Positions 8,432-15,969 of a DNA stretch of 39,059 bases are shown in pieces. A model generated the notes under the pieces. It was given only the letters and a program-made list of their open reading frames with translations. It made no database searches and was not told where the DNA came from. The stretch covers positions 1-39,059 of the forward strand of contig SHZL01000001.1 in the NCBI GenBank assembly GCA_009692275.1. The letters are read 5' to 3'. Origin of the DNA: Lysobacterales bacterium (GTDB taxonomy: Bacteria > Pseudomonadota > Gammaproteobacteria > Xanthomonadales > SZUA-36). How positions within the stretch are numbered: the first letter of the stretch is position 1; the number at the start of each line of letters is the position of its first letter. The translations under genes were made by a program, and so were the position numbers.

Positions 8432-11332
8432 GTGAAGCAATTCAATCGCAAACCGTTATCCAGCGCCATTTCACTCGCCATTGCCGGCACTGCCCTGGCG
8501 GCCATGGTTGTCCTGCCCGCCTATGCCGAGGAAGGCACACTCGAAGAAGTGACGGTCACGGCAACGAAGCGTACAGAAAACCTCCAGGACGTGCCCATTT
8601 CCATCCAGGTGCTGGGCGCCAAGGAACTGGAAGAGTTGCAGATCAGCAGCTTCGATGATTACATCACGTGGTTGCCCACCGTGTCCTACCAATCCAACGG
8701 GCCGGGCTATGGCATTGTTTACATGCGCGGTATCGCCAGCGGCGGCGATGGCGTTCATTCCGGTTCCATGCCCAGCGTAGGCTACTACCTCGATGAACAG
8801 CCGATCACCACCATCAACCAGATTCTCAACGTGCACGTGTATGACATCGCCCGCATTGAGGTCCTGGCCGGCCCCCAGGGCACGCTGTTTGGCCAGGGCA
8901 GCCAGGCCGGTACCATCCGCATCATCACCAACAAGCCGGAGATTGGCGTTAACGAAGGCGGTTACGATTTCTCTGCCAACTCCACCGCGCACGGCGACCC
9001 GGGCTACGGCATCGAAGGCTTCATCAATATTCCCATCAACGACCGCATGGCCGTCCGCCTGGTGGCCTGGCACGAGTACCAGGGTGGTTACATCGATAAC
9101 GTTCACAAAACAATGGAGTACGACATCAGCCACATTGTCCGAGACAATGCGGATTTGGTGGAAGCCAACTTCAATACCGCCGAAACCACCGGCGCGCGGG
9201 CGCTGCTGAAAATCGACCTGAGCGACGACTGGACCCTGACGCCCGGCATCCAGTACCAGAAGGGCAAGACCAACGGTATGTGGTTCGACAATCCCAAGTT
9301 CGTGGGCGAATATGAAGTGGCACGCTTCAACCCGGACAAGGCCAAAGAAGACTGGTACCAGGCAACCTTGACCCTGGACGGCCAGATCGGTGATCTCAAC
9401 CTGGTGTATGCCGGGGCTTACCTGGATAGAAATGTCGACAGTACCTACGACTATTCGGGTTATGCGGAGTACCTCGAATACGCTTATTCAGGCTATGGCT
9501 ACGAATGCTTCTATTACCTAGCTGATGGTAGCTGTGCCGACCCCACGCAATACGTGGTCAGCGACGAAGAATTCACCCGCTTCAGCAATGAACTGCGCCT
9601 GCAGTCCTCCCAGGATCAGCGCTTGCGCTGGATTGCCGGCCTGTTCTACCAGCGACAGGAACACTATTTCGACCTGCAGTGGACCGTGGACGAATTGCAA
9701 ACGGTCAAATCCGTGGTCGAGAACGGCCACGTGGTCTGGCAGACGAACCAGGACCGCGTCGATATAGACGGCGCCATTTTCGGTGAGGCTTACTTCGATA
9801 TTACCGACAACTGGACGCTGATCGGTGGTGTGCGCGGGTTCAAATGGGAGAATTCGCTGTACGGCTTCAACGGTTTTCTGAAGCACTGCACCGGTTATTA
9901 CGACGCGCAAGGCGATTTCGTCCAGGAGCCGGCAAGCGAAGGGGGCACGCCGCAGTATCCCTGCTACGACACCGGCATCCTGGATGATGTATCCAAAGGC
10001 CATGATACCGCCTGGAAAGGCAGCACCGAATACCACATCGACGGCGACAAAATGGTGTATGCGACCTATTCCCAGGGCTTCCGTGCCGGCGGCGTCAACC
10101 GCGCCAGGGTTGAGGGAATTCCGAAGTACCAACCGGACTTTGTGTATAACTACGAATTGGGCTGGAAAACCATGTGGGCGAATGGACAGCTCCGTTTCAA
10201 CGGCGCCCTCTACATCGAAGACTGGGAGAACTTCCAGTACGGTTTCCTGGATTTTGAAGCGTACGGCCCAGTGACCATCATCCAGAATGTGGGTAATGCC
10301 CGCACCAAGGGTTTTGAGTGGCAAATGGATTGGGCTCCGACCGAAAGCTTTAGCCTGAGCTTCCAGGGCTCTTACAACGACGCCAAGCTGACGACCGACT
10401 TCTGGCGCGTCAAGGCAGAAGAAGCCGCGGGCTTGCCGCCAACCTCCCCGAAGGGAACGGAAATGCCCTTCGTGCCGCCGCTGCAAATGACCAGCATTGC
10501 CCGTTACAACTTCACCATGGGTGAATTGGCTTCTTTTGCGCAGGTTGCGGTCTCGTACCGGGCTTCAGCCTGGACCTCGCTGGACCACGAAATTCGCGAG
10601 AATCCGGATATTGGCGGGAAGATGCCTGCCTACACCGTGTTGAACCTGTCGGCCGGCTTTGAACGGGACAACTGGACCGTTACATTTTACATGAACAATG
10701 CAACCGACAAGCGTGGCTTGACGGACATCCTGAACCCCGGCTATTACAGCCCCAGCGGCTTTGACTACAACCAGGTCATCATCCAGCCGAGAAATATCGG
10801 CATTCGCTGGACCCAGCGGTTTAACGGTGGCTATGAAGAAGCCTCATCACCACCGCCAGCGCCACCACCACCACCCGCCGCACCGCCGGAGAATCCGGAT
10901 CTGGACGGGGACGGCGTGCCGAACGCGCGTGACAAATGCCCCAATACCCGTCCGGGTGCAGTGGTAGACCTTGACGGTTGCGAAGTGGAAGCGGTGATTT
11001 CACTGGAAGGCGTGCATTTTGAGTTCGATAAAGCCACCCTGACCCCGGAAGCCATGGCCATCCTCGACAAGGCAGCCGGATTGCTGCAGTCACAGGAAAA
11101 GGTGGTAGTGGAAGTTGCCGGTCACACCGACAGCGTGGGTTCGGAAGAGTACAACCAGAAGCTGTCTGAGCGCCGCGCCGTTGCGGTGAAGGACTACCTG
11201 GAAAGCAAAGGTATAAAGGCCACCCGCCTGACCGCCATGGGCTACGGTGAAGCACAACCGGTCGCCAGCAATGATACCGACGCAGGACGGGCGCTCAATC
11301 GCCGCGTGGAGTTGATCGTACTGTCCCGTTAA
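8432..11332 (+). CDS. TonB-dependent receptor fused to a Pro-rich linker, a thrombospondin-type-3-like Ca-binding repeat and an OmpA C-terminal-like peptidoglycan-binding domain
   Basis: GTG 8432 is preceded by GAGGA (8420-8424). Signal peptide ends AYA, followed by plug-type sequence TLEEVTVTATKRTENLQDVPISIQVL. The barrel ends with the canonical terminal motif NIGIRWTQRF (Phe codon 10820-10822). The frame then continues for 169 aa: SSPPPAPPPPPAAPPENP, DLDGDGVPNARDKCPNT, and an OmpA-like core (FEFDKATL, VAGHTDSVGSEEYNQKLSERRA, NRRVEL). Confidence 0.85.
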   Translation: MKQFNRKPLSSAISLAIAGTALAAMVVLPAYAEEGTLEEVTVTATKRTENLQDVPISIQVLGAKELEELQISSFDDYITWLPTVSYQSNGPGYGIVYMRGIASGGDGVHSGSMPSVGYYLDEQPITTINQILNVHVYDIARIEVLAGPQGTLFGQGSQAGTIRIITNKPEIGVNEGGYDFSANSTAHGDPGYGIEGFINIPINDRMAVRLVAWHEYQGGYIDNVHKTMEYDISHIVRDNADLVEANFNTAETTGARALLKIDLSDDWTLTPGIQYQKGKTNGMWFDNPKFVGEYEVARFNPDKAKEDWYQATLTLDGQIGDLNLVYAGAYLDRNVDSTYDYSGYAEYLEYAYSGYGYECFYYLADGSCADPTQYVVSDEEFTRFSNELRLQSSQDQRLRWIAGLFYQRQEHYFDLQWTVDELQTVKSVVENGHVVWQTNQDRVDIDGAIFGEAYFDITDNWTLIGGVRGFKWENSLYGFNGFLKHCTGYYDAQGDFVQEPASEGGTPQYPCYDTGILDDVSKGHDTAWKGSTEYHIDGDKMVYATYSQGFRAGGVNRARVEGIPKYQPDFVYNYELGWKTMWANGQLRFNGALYIEDWENFQYGFLDFEAYGPVTIIQNVGNARTKGFEWQMDWAPTESFSLSFQGSYNDAKLTTDFWRVKAEEAAGLPPTSPKGTEMPFVPPLQMTSIARYNFTMGELASFAQVAVSYRASAWTSLDHEIRENPDIGGKMPAYTVLNLSAGFERDNWTVTFYMNNATDKRGLTDILNPGYYSPSGFDYNQVIIQPRNIGIRWTQRFNGGYEEASSPPPAPPPPPAAPPENPDLDGDGVPNARDKCPNTRPGAVVDLDGCEVEAVISLEGVHFEFDKATLTPEAMAILDKAAGLLQSQEKVVVEVAGHTDSVGSEEYNQKLSERRAVAVKDYLESKGIKATRLTAMGYGEAQPVASNDTDAGRALNRRVELIVLSR

Positions 11333-11355
11333 ATAGCCAGAAGCAGACCGGAAAA

Positions 11356-11381
11356 GCCCCGCGATGCGGGGCTTTTTCTTT
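11356..11381 (+). terminator. Rho-independent terminator
   Basis: GCCCCGC (11356-11362) / GCGGGGC (11366-11372) stem followed by TTTTTCTTT, 24 nt after the stop at 11332. Confidence 0.85.
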
Positions 11382-11520
11382 GGCAGTCCTCTATTCCGAC
11401 CAAACCCCCGTGGCATCCTTCACGTGCCACCCATCTTGCATGACGCCAATTCATTACCTGCATTCACTGAAATATCTTACCGGCGACCAGTCGCGAGTGA
11501 CGCATTATCAGGACCATGTC

Positions 11521-11886
11521 ATGGGCAGCTTTACATGGTTATCATCGCATGATAACTTTAGTCGGGCTTCATCGGTGAGCCGCAAGCACTCCATCAACCA
11601 TGGGCTGGAGGCATGGCGAGTGGCAGAAAACCCGCACCGGCCTCATGGCATCCGCTATTGCTTTACCTTGCATGATGAGAGCAACCAACGCCTTCTGGGC
11701 TACGACAATGCACATGCCGTGAGCGGTCGTAAACGGGCCTCCGCGTCGCGAAAACCCGAGTGGGACCACCGCCACGAAGCTGAAGCGGTACATTTCTACC
11801 CGTTTGTCGGTGCGGAACAGTTGCCGGTTGATTTCTGGAATGATGTTGAACGATTGGTGCGCGTATCGGAGCGGTCAACGAAATGA
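11521..11886 (+). CDS. DUF6516-like protein (family annotated in some databases as a TumE-type toxin)
   Basis: Pattern WRV..., HGIRYCFTL, RLLGYDNAH, DHRH, PF..AEQL..DFWNDVERL matches my recollection of the DUF6516 family. ATG 11521 is preferred because the upstream start at 11380 overlaps the terminator; ATG 11440 remains possible. It overlaps the next gene by 4 nt (ATGA). Confidence 0.6.
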   Translation: MGSFTWLSSHDNFSRASSVSRKHSINHGLEAWRVAENPHRPHGIRYCFTLHDESNQRLLGYDNAHAVSGRKRASASRKPEWDHRHEAEAVHFYPFVGAEQLPVDFWNDVERLVRVSERSTK

Positions 11887-12248
11887 ATGAAAAGGTATTG
11901 AAAATCGGCATCATGTCACGGGACGATTACCGGCACAGAGCCATTGAGATTGCCAGCGGCCGGTGTAAAGCGGGCAAGAACGATCCCAAGGTCTGGTTTG
12001 AGTCAATTCGATCGCTGGCCCAGGTGCTAAGTCCTGAGAACCAGAACTTATTGCGGGTTATCCTGGAACATGAACCGCAGTCACTGGCGGAACTCGAGCG
12101 GCTGAGTCAGCGTAAGAAGTCCAACCTTTCACGCACGCTGCGAACTTTGGAATCATTCGGCATTGTCGAATTGCCGAGAAATAGCGGCAGACTGGCGCCC
12201 AGGGTCCTGGCAACCGACTTTCGATTGGAGTTCGGGTTGAATCACTGA
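11883..12248 (+). CDS. Winged-helix (MarR-like) DNA-binding protein, putative antitoxin/regulator partner of the DUF6516 gene
   Basis: LKIGIMSRDDYRHRAIEIASG...PKVWFESIRSLAQVLSPENQNLLRVI...SLAELERLSQRKKSNLSRTLRTLESFGIVEL is a typical wHTH with an SNLSR recognition helix. The ATGA overlap suggests translational coupling to the upstream gene. Confidence 0.65.
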   Translation: MNEKVLKIGIMSRDDYRHRAIEIASGRCKAGKNDPKVWFESIRSLAQVLSPENQNLLRVILEHEPQSLAELERLSQRKKSNLSRTLRTLESFGIVELPRNSGRLAPRVLATDFRLEFGLNH

Positions 12249-12255
12249 GCCAAAT

Positions 12256-12268
12256 GTACTCTGACCCC
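12256..12268. repeat. Solo half-site of the GGGGTCAGAGTA family
   Basis: GTACTCTGACCCC lies between convergent stops at 12248 and 12282, with no inverted partner nearby. Confidence 0.7.
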
Positions 12269-12281
12269 ATCCCATCGTCCG

Positions 12282-14468
12282 TTAGTTGAAATCCCTGGGA
12301 ATCGCTTCTTCCCAGTGCTTTTCCCGGATGGTCTTGCCATCCTGTTCCAGCCTGCGCGTATAGCGGTAGTAGAAAAAGCCGGTATCGCTGGTGAATTCGA
12401 ACAGCCCGGTCCATTTCAGCACCCGGCCATCAAGCACGACCTCGTTGCTGTATTCGCTGTTTACCCCCGCGTGGGCCGGATCGACCACGCTGACAAAATG
12501 CTCCAGGTAGTCGCTGTAGTGTTCCGATCCCCAGGGGTAGGCGGTGGTCCCGCTGTTGGTGGCAAGCAGCCGGGTCGTGTCGGCGCGGAAATCGTGCGTG
12601 ACTTTGGATATTTCTGCATAGCCGGACTCGGTTTCTGCGGTGGATTCACCAAAACCCGGGGGGCTGGGATCGACCGTTGGCTCCTGGGTAAACACTGGCG
12701 GCGGCAGGGTAGCCGGAGGCAGCAGAGGCAAGACCAACCGGCTGAGTCCGTTAGTACCGGCTTCGCCACCCACTTCCAGCATGGTGGTCATTGCATGGGG
12801 CGTAGGCCAGAACATCGGCCACATACTGTTGTTCACCGCGAGGCGAATTCGGTGTCCCGTGGGAAAAACCCAGGAGGTAAAGTGCATCTCTATATCGAGA
12901 TCAACGGTTTCGCCGGGCACCAGGGCCTCCGGATGTTCCGCCGAATTTCGATGTGCACCATTGAGGGCTGCGCCGGTGATCAGCGTGACCCTGCCATCGG
13001 GCGCAACATCAGCGAGCCGGGCGATCCAGTGCGCCAGCGGCGCATCAGTGGAGGCGCGCAAGCTGACCTCGGGGAAACCCAGGATAGTGACGGCCTGCTG
13101 CAAGGGCGGGGTTTCGTACACCAGGCTGAAGGCATCTACCGCGCGCTGGTCCTCCTGCAGATCACCCCACCACATGACCGAACCTGCCGCTTCAACGCCG
13201 ACATCGGGTTTGTACAACAACTGGTGTGATGCCGCCTGTGGCGGTTCCGCTGCCAGGCCGTGATCGGCCTGCAGGTACAGCACTTCGTTGTTCGTGGACT
13301 GCAATGGCCAACCGGCTTCACTGCGCCACTGGCCCGGAATCTCCTCGACCTTCAGACCCGGAGGATGCCAGTCGCGAATGAACACCGTGAAGGCCGGCTC
13401 TTCCATCACGCCGTTGTCCGCGCCTTTGAGCCAATGATCGAACCAGCGCACGGCATCGGCGCGCCACTCAAAACCCGCCCCGGGAAACGGCTGGTTGGGC
13501 CAGGTGTGTGACCACGGACCCAGCAGCGCCTTCACCGGTGCCTTCATATGCTGCAGCATGCGCGGGATGCTGTCGCGGTAACCGTCATACCAGCCGCCCA
13601 CCACGTAGGTGGGAATGCGGATCGTTTCATAGCGCCCGATCAGGGAAGCGCGGTCCCAGAACGGACCATCCCGTTGCTGACGCTTGTAGACCAGGAACCA
13701 GGGCTCGGTATCAAAGCGGTTGGCAAAGTAGGCATCATCAACCAGATAGGCCGGCGCACCGGGTATGGCGTTCTCGATGTCCTGGCGCATCTCGTAGGAA
13801 TCGGCGTGCATGATGCCATCGGTAAAATGCACATCATCCTCATAAATATCGTCGGTGGCATCCACCGCGATGATGGCTTTGAGTGCCGGCGGGTTGCGCA
13901 TGGCCATCTGGATGGAGTTAAAACCGCCCCAGGAGATGCCGAACATGCCCACCTTGCCGCTGGACCAGCTTTGTTTCGACAGCCAGTCGATCACGGCCTC
14001 GCCATCGGCCTGCTCCTGCTCGGTGTATTCATAGGCCACCAGCTTGCCTTCGCTTTCCCCCGTGCCGCGAATATCTACCCGCGCCACCACATAGCCTTGC
14101 GCGACGAAATACGAGTAAAAACCAAAGCGGCTACTGCGCGACTCCATCTTGCGGTAGGGCAGGTATTCCAGCAGCACCGGGTGGCGATCCCCCGCTTGCA
14201 TGTCCTCAGGCACATAGAGGTCGACCGAGAGGCGCACGCCATCGGGCATGCTGATCCACTCAGTGCGGATGACCGGGTTGGCTGTTTGCGCTGCTGCGGG
14301 CTCTGCTGTTTCCGGCGCAGCCGCGGTCGCGCTGTCTGCTGTGACTTCTGCCCGAATATCGAGGCCAGGCCATGCCAGGCCGGTTGTCAGCAGCAATAAA
14401 ACCAGCAGCCCATGAAAGCACGTGCTGGGCAAGGACCTGCCGGGTAATGTGTGTGTTCGGGTAGTCAT
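12282..14468 (-). CDS. Secreted CocE/NonD family hydrolase (S15 X-Pro dipeptidyl-peptidase-like)
   Basis: YLPYRK, VDIRGTGESEG and the nucleophile elbow GISWGG, plus a long C-terminal beta-sandwich region. ATG 14468 is preceded by GGAG and gives a hydrophobic signal sequence. The longer ORF from 14645 would overlap the upstream transporter gene. Confidence 0.85.
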   Translation of the reverse strand: MTTRTHTLPGRSLPSTCFHGLLVLLLLTTGLAWPGLDIRAEVTADSATAAAPETAEPAAAQTANPVIRTEWISMPDGVRLSVDLYVPEDMQAGDRHPVLLEYLPYRKMESRSSRFGFYSYFVAQGYVVARVDIRGTGESEGKLVAYEYTEQEQADGEAVIDWLSKQSWSSGKVGMFGISWGGFNSIQMAMRNPPALKAIIAVDATDDIYEDDVHFTDGIMHADSYEMRQDIENAIPGAPAYLVDDAYFANRFDTEPWFLVYKRQQRDGPFWDRASLIGRYETIRIPTYVVGGWYDGYRDSIPRMLQHMKAPVKALLGPWSHTWPNQPFPGAGFEWRADAVRWFDHWLKGADNGVMEEPAFTVFIRDWHPPGLKVEEIPGQWRSEAGWPLQSTNNEVLYLQADHGLAAEPPQAASHQLLYKPDVGVEAAGSVMWWGDLQEDQRAVDAFSLVYETPPLQQAVTILGFPEVSLRASTDAPLAHWIARLADVAPDGRVTLITGAALNGAHRNSAEHPEALVPGETVDLDIEMHFTSWVFPTGHRIRLAVNNSMWPMFWPTPHAMTTMLEVGGEAGTNGLSRLVLPLLPPATLPPPVFTQEPTVDPSPPGFGESTAETESGYAEISKVTHDFRADTTRLLATNSGTTAYPWGSEHYSDYLEHFVSVVDPAHAGVNSEYSNEVVLDGRVLKWTGLFEFTSDTGFFYYRYTRRLEQDGKTIREKHWEEAIPRDFN

Positions 14469-14503
14469 ATCAGGCTCCAATGGGAAGGGCACATGGCCGG
14501 GAT

Positions 14504-15892
14504 TTACACCGTGGCCAACGCTGCGATCAACATGGTGGTAATGGCAATAGGGCAGACATAGCGCAACAACCACACGCACACCCGGCGCGCAAACGGCGTA
14601 GTCTCGGCGAGTTCCTCGTCCACGATCGCCCGCGAAAGGCGCCAACCCACGAATACGCTGGTCAGCAGTGCGCCTATCGGCAGCAGGATGTTCGCGGACA
14701 CATAATCCAAAACATCAAAAAATGTTTTGTCCGCGAACACCGGCACGACACCCAGGGGATGCCAGCCGGACCACAGGTTGAATGACAAAACCGACCCGAT
14801 TCCCAATACCCAGGCCAGGGCTATGGTGACGGCTACCGCCCTGGCTCGCGTGTGCTTGCGGTGCTGCTGCAGCCAGCCCACCACCGGTTCCATGCCGGCC
14901 AGCGACGGCGTCAAAGCCGCAAACACCAGCAACATGAAAAACAGCGTGCCAAACAAGCGGCCGCCCGGCATCTCGGAGAACACCGTGGCCAGTACGTCAA
15001 AGACCAGTTCTGGCCCCTGTGCCGGATCCATACCGTATTGAAAGACCAGCGGAAAGATCGTCAGGGTTGCCAGCAGCGACACCAGCAGGATCGAACCAGT
15101 GATTGCCAGCGCCGAGCGCACCAGGGAGGTCCCCTTTGAGACGTATGCCCCGTAGGCCAGCATCATGGCCAGGCCAACCCCGGTGGCGAAAAACGCCTGG
15201 CCGACCGCCACCAGCGCCACCTGCGGAGTAATGGCCTCGAGGTTGGGCGTAAAGGCAAAGCCCAGGCCCTGCCGCACATCCCCCGTGATCAGGGCATAGG
15301 TCGCCAGAATCATCAGCAAAACCAGCAATACCGGCGCGCGAACTTTCGTGGCAACTTCAATGCCACGGCCCACGCCGCGCGCCGAAATGAAGGCCACCAT
15401 CAGCAGAAACACCAGGTGCCAGGCGCCGATCTCGATGGGGTTCGCCAGGAACCCTTGCCAGAGGGCGGCAATTTCGTCACGGGACTGGTGGGCCAGCGCA
15501 CCGCTTGCGACTTTCCAGGTGTAGGCCAGCACCCAGCCGGCTATCACGGTGTAGTAGGACATGACGGCAAACACCGCGATGGTGCCGATAACACCAATCG
15601 CGTTCCATCCTGTACCCAATCCGGACTCGCGGGCCACGATGCCGGCAGCATCCGCCGGGCAGCGCTGCGACCTGCGCCCGATAGCGAACTCCGCCGCCAG
15701 CAAGGGCGTGGCGATGAGCAGGCAGGCGAGCACGAAGACCACGAGGAAGGCGCTGCCGCCGCTGGAACCGACCAGGTAGGGCAGGCGCCAGATGCTGCCC
15801 AGGCCAACTGCTGCGCCAATGGTGGCGAGGTAAAATGCCGGTCGCGAGGACCATGCAGGGCTGGAAGGGCTGGCAGGTTTGGCGGCTGGCAT
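14504..15892 (-). CDS. Sodium-dependent transporter, neurotransmitter:sodium symporter (NSS/SNF) family
   Basis: NSS signature GLGSIWRLPYLVGSSGGSAF near the N-terminus and about 11-12 hydrophobic helices. ATG 15892 is preceded by GGAGAG. Confidence 0.9.
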   Translation of the reverse strand: MPAAKPASPSSPAWSSRPAFYLATIGAAVGLGSIWRLPYLVGSSGGSAFLVVFVLACLLIATPLLAAEFAIGRRSQRCPADAAGIVARESGLGTGWNAIGVIGTIAVFAVMSYYTVIAGWVLAYTWKVASGALAHQSRDEIAALWQGFLANPIEIGAWHLVFLLMVAFISARGVGRGIEVATKVRAPVLLVLLMILATYALITGDVRQGLGFAFTPNLEAITPQVALVAVGQAFFATGVGLAMMLAYGAYVSKGTSLVRSALAITGSILLVSLLATLTIFPLVFQYGMDPAQGPELVFDVLATVFSEMPGGRLFGTLFFMLLVFAALTPSLAGMEPVVGWLQQHRKHTRARAVAVTIALAWVLGIGSVLSFNLWSGWHPLGVVPVFADKTFFDVLDYVSANILLPIGALLTSVFVGWRLSRAIVDEELAETTPFARRVCVWLLRYVCPIAITTMLIAALATV

Positions 15893-15969
15893 GGAACTCT
15901 CCGAATTGCTTTTCCGGCCACATGATATACGAGTCTCGCGTCGCTGCCTGCGCCGGCGGCTCTGGCGGA

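Noticed and set aside
8232-8658. ORFs 8232..8435 and 8320..8658 upstream of and overlapping the TonB-dependent receptor start.
   Set aside because: They run across the repeat cluster and promoter region and into the receptor signal peptide in another frame. They have no coding features.
10761-10967. His-rich 68-aa ORF containing an ATG at 10834 (MKKPHHH...), considered as a possible separate start for an OmpA-like gene after the receptor barrel.
   Set aside because: It is in a different frame from the OmpA-like domain and has no signal peptide. The OmpA-like sequence is continuous only with the receptor frame.
11380-11520. Longer 168-aa version of the DUF6516-like ORF, starting at 11380.
   Set aside because: That start lies within the T-tract of the upstream terminator, and the added N-terminal residues have no family similarity. 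ATG 11521 matches the expected domain size.
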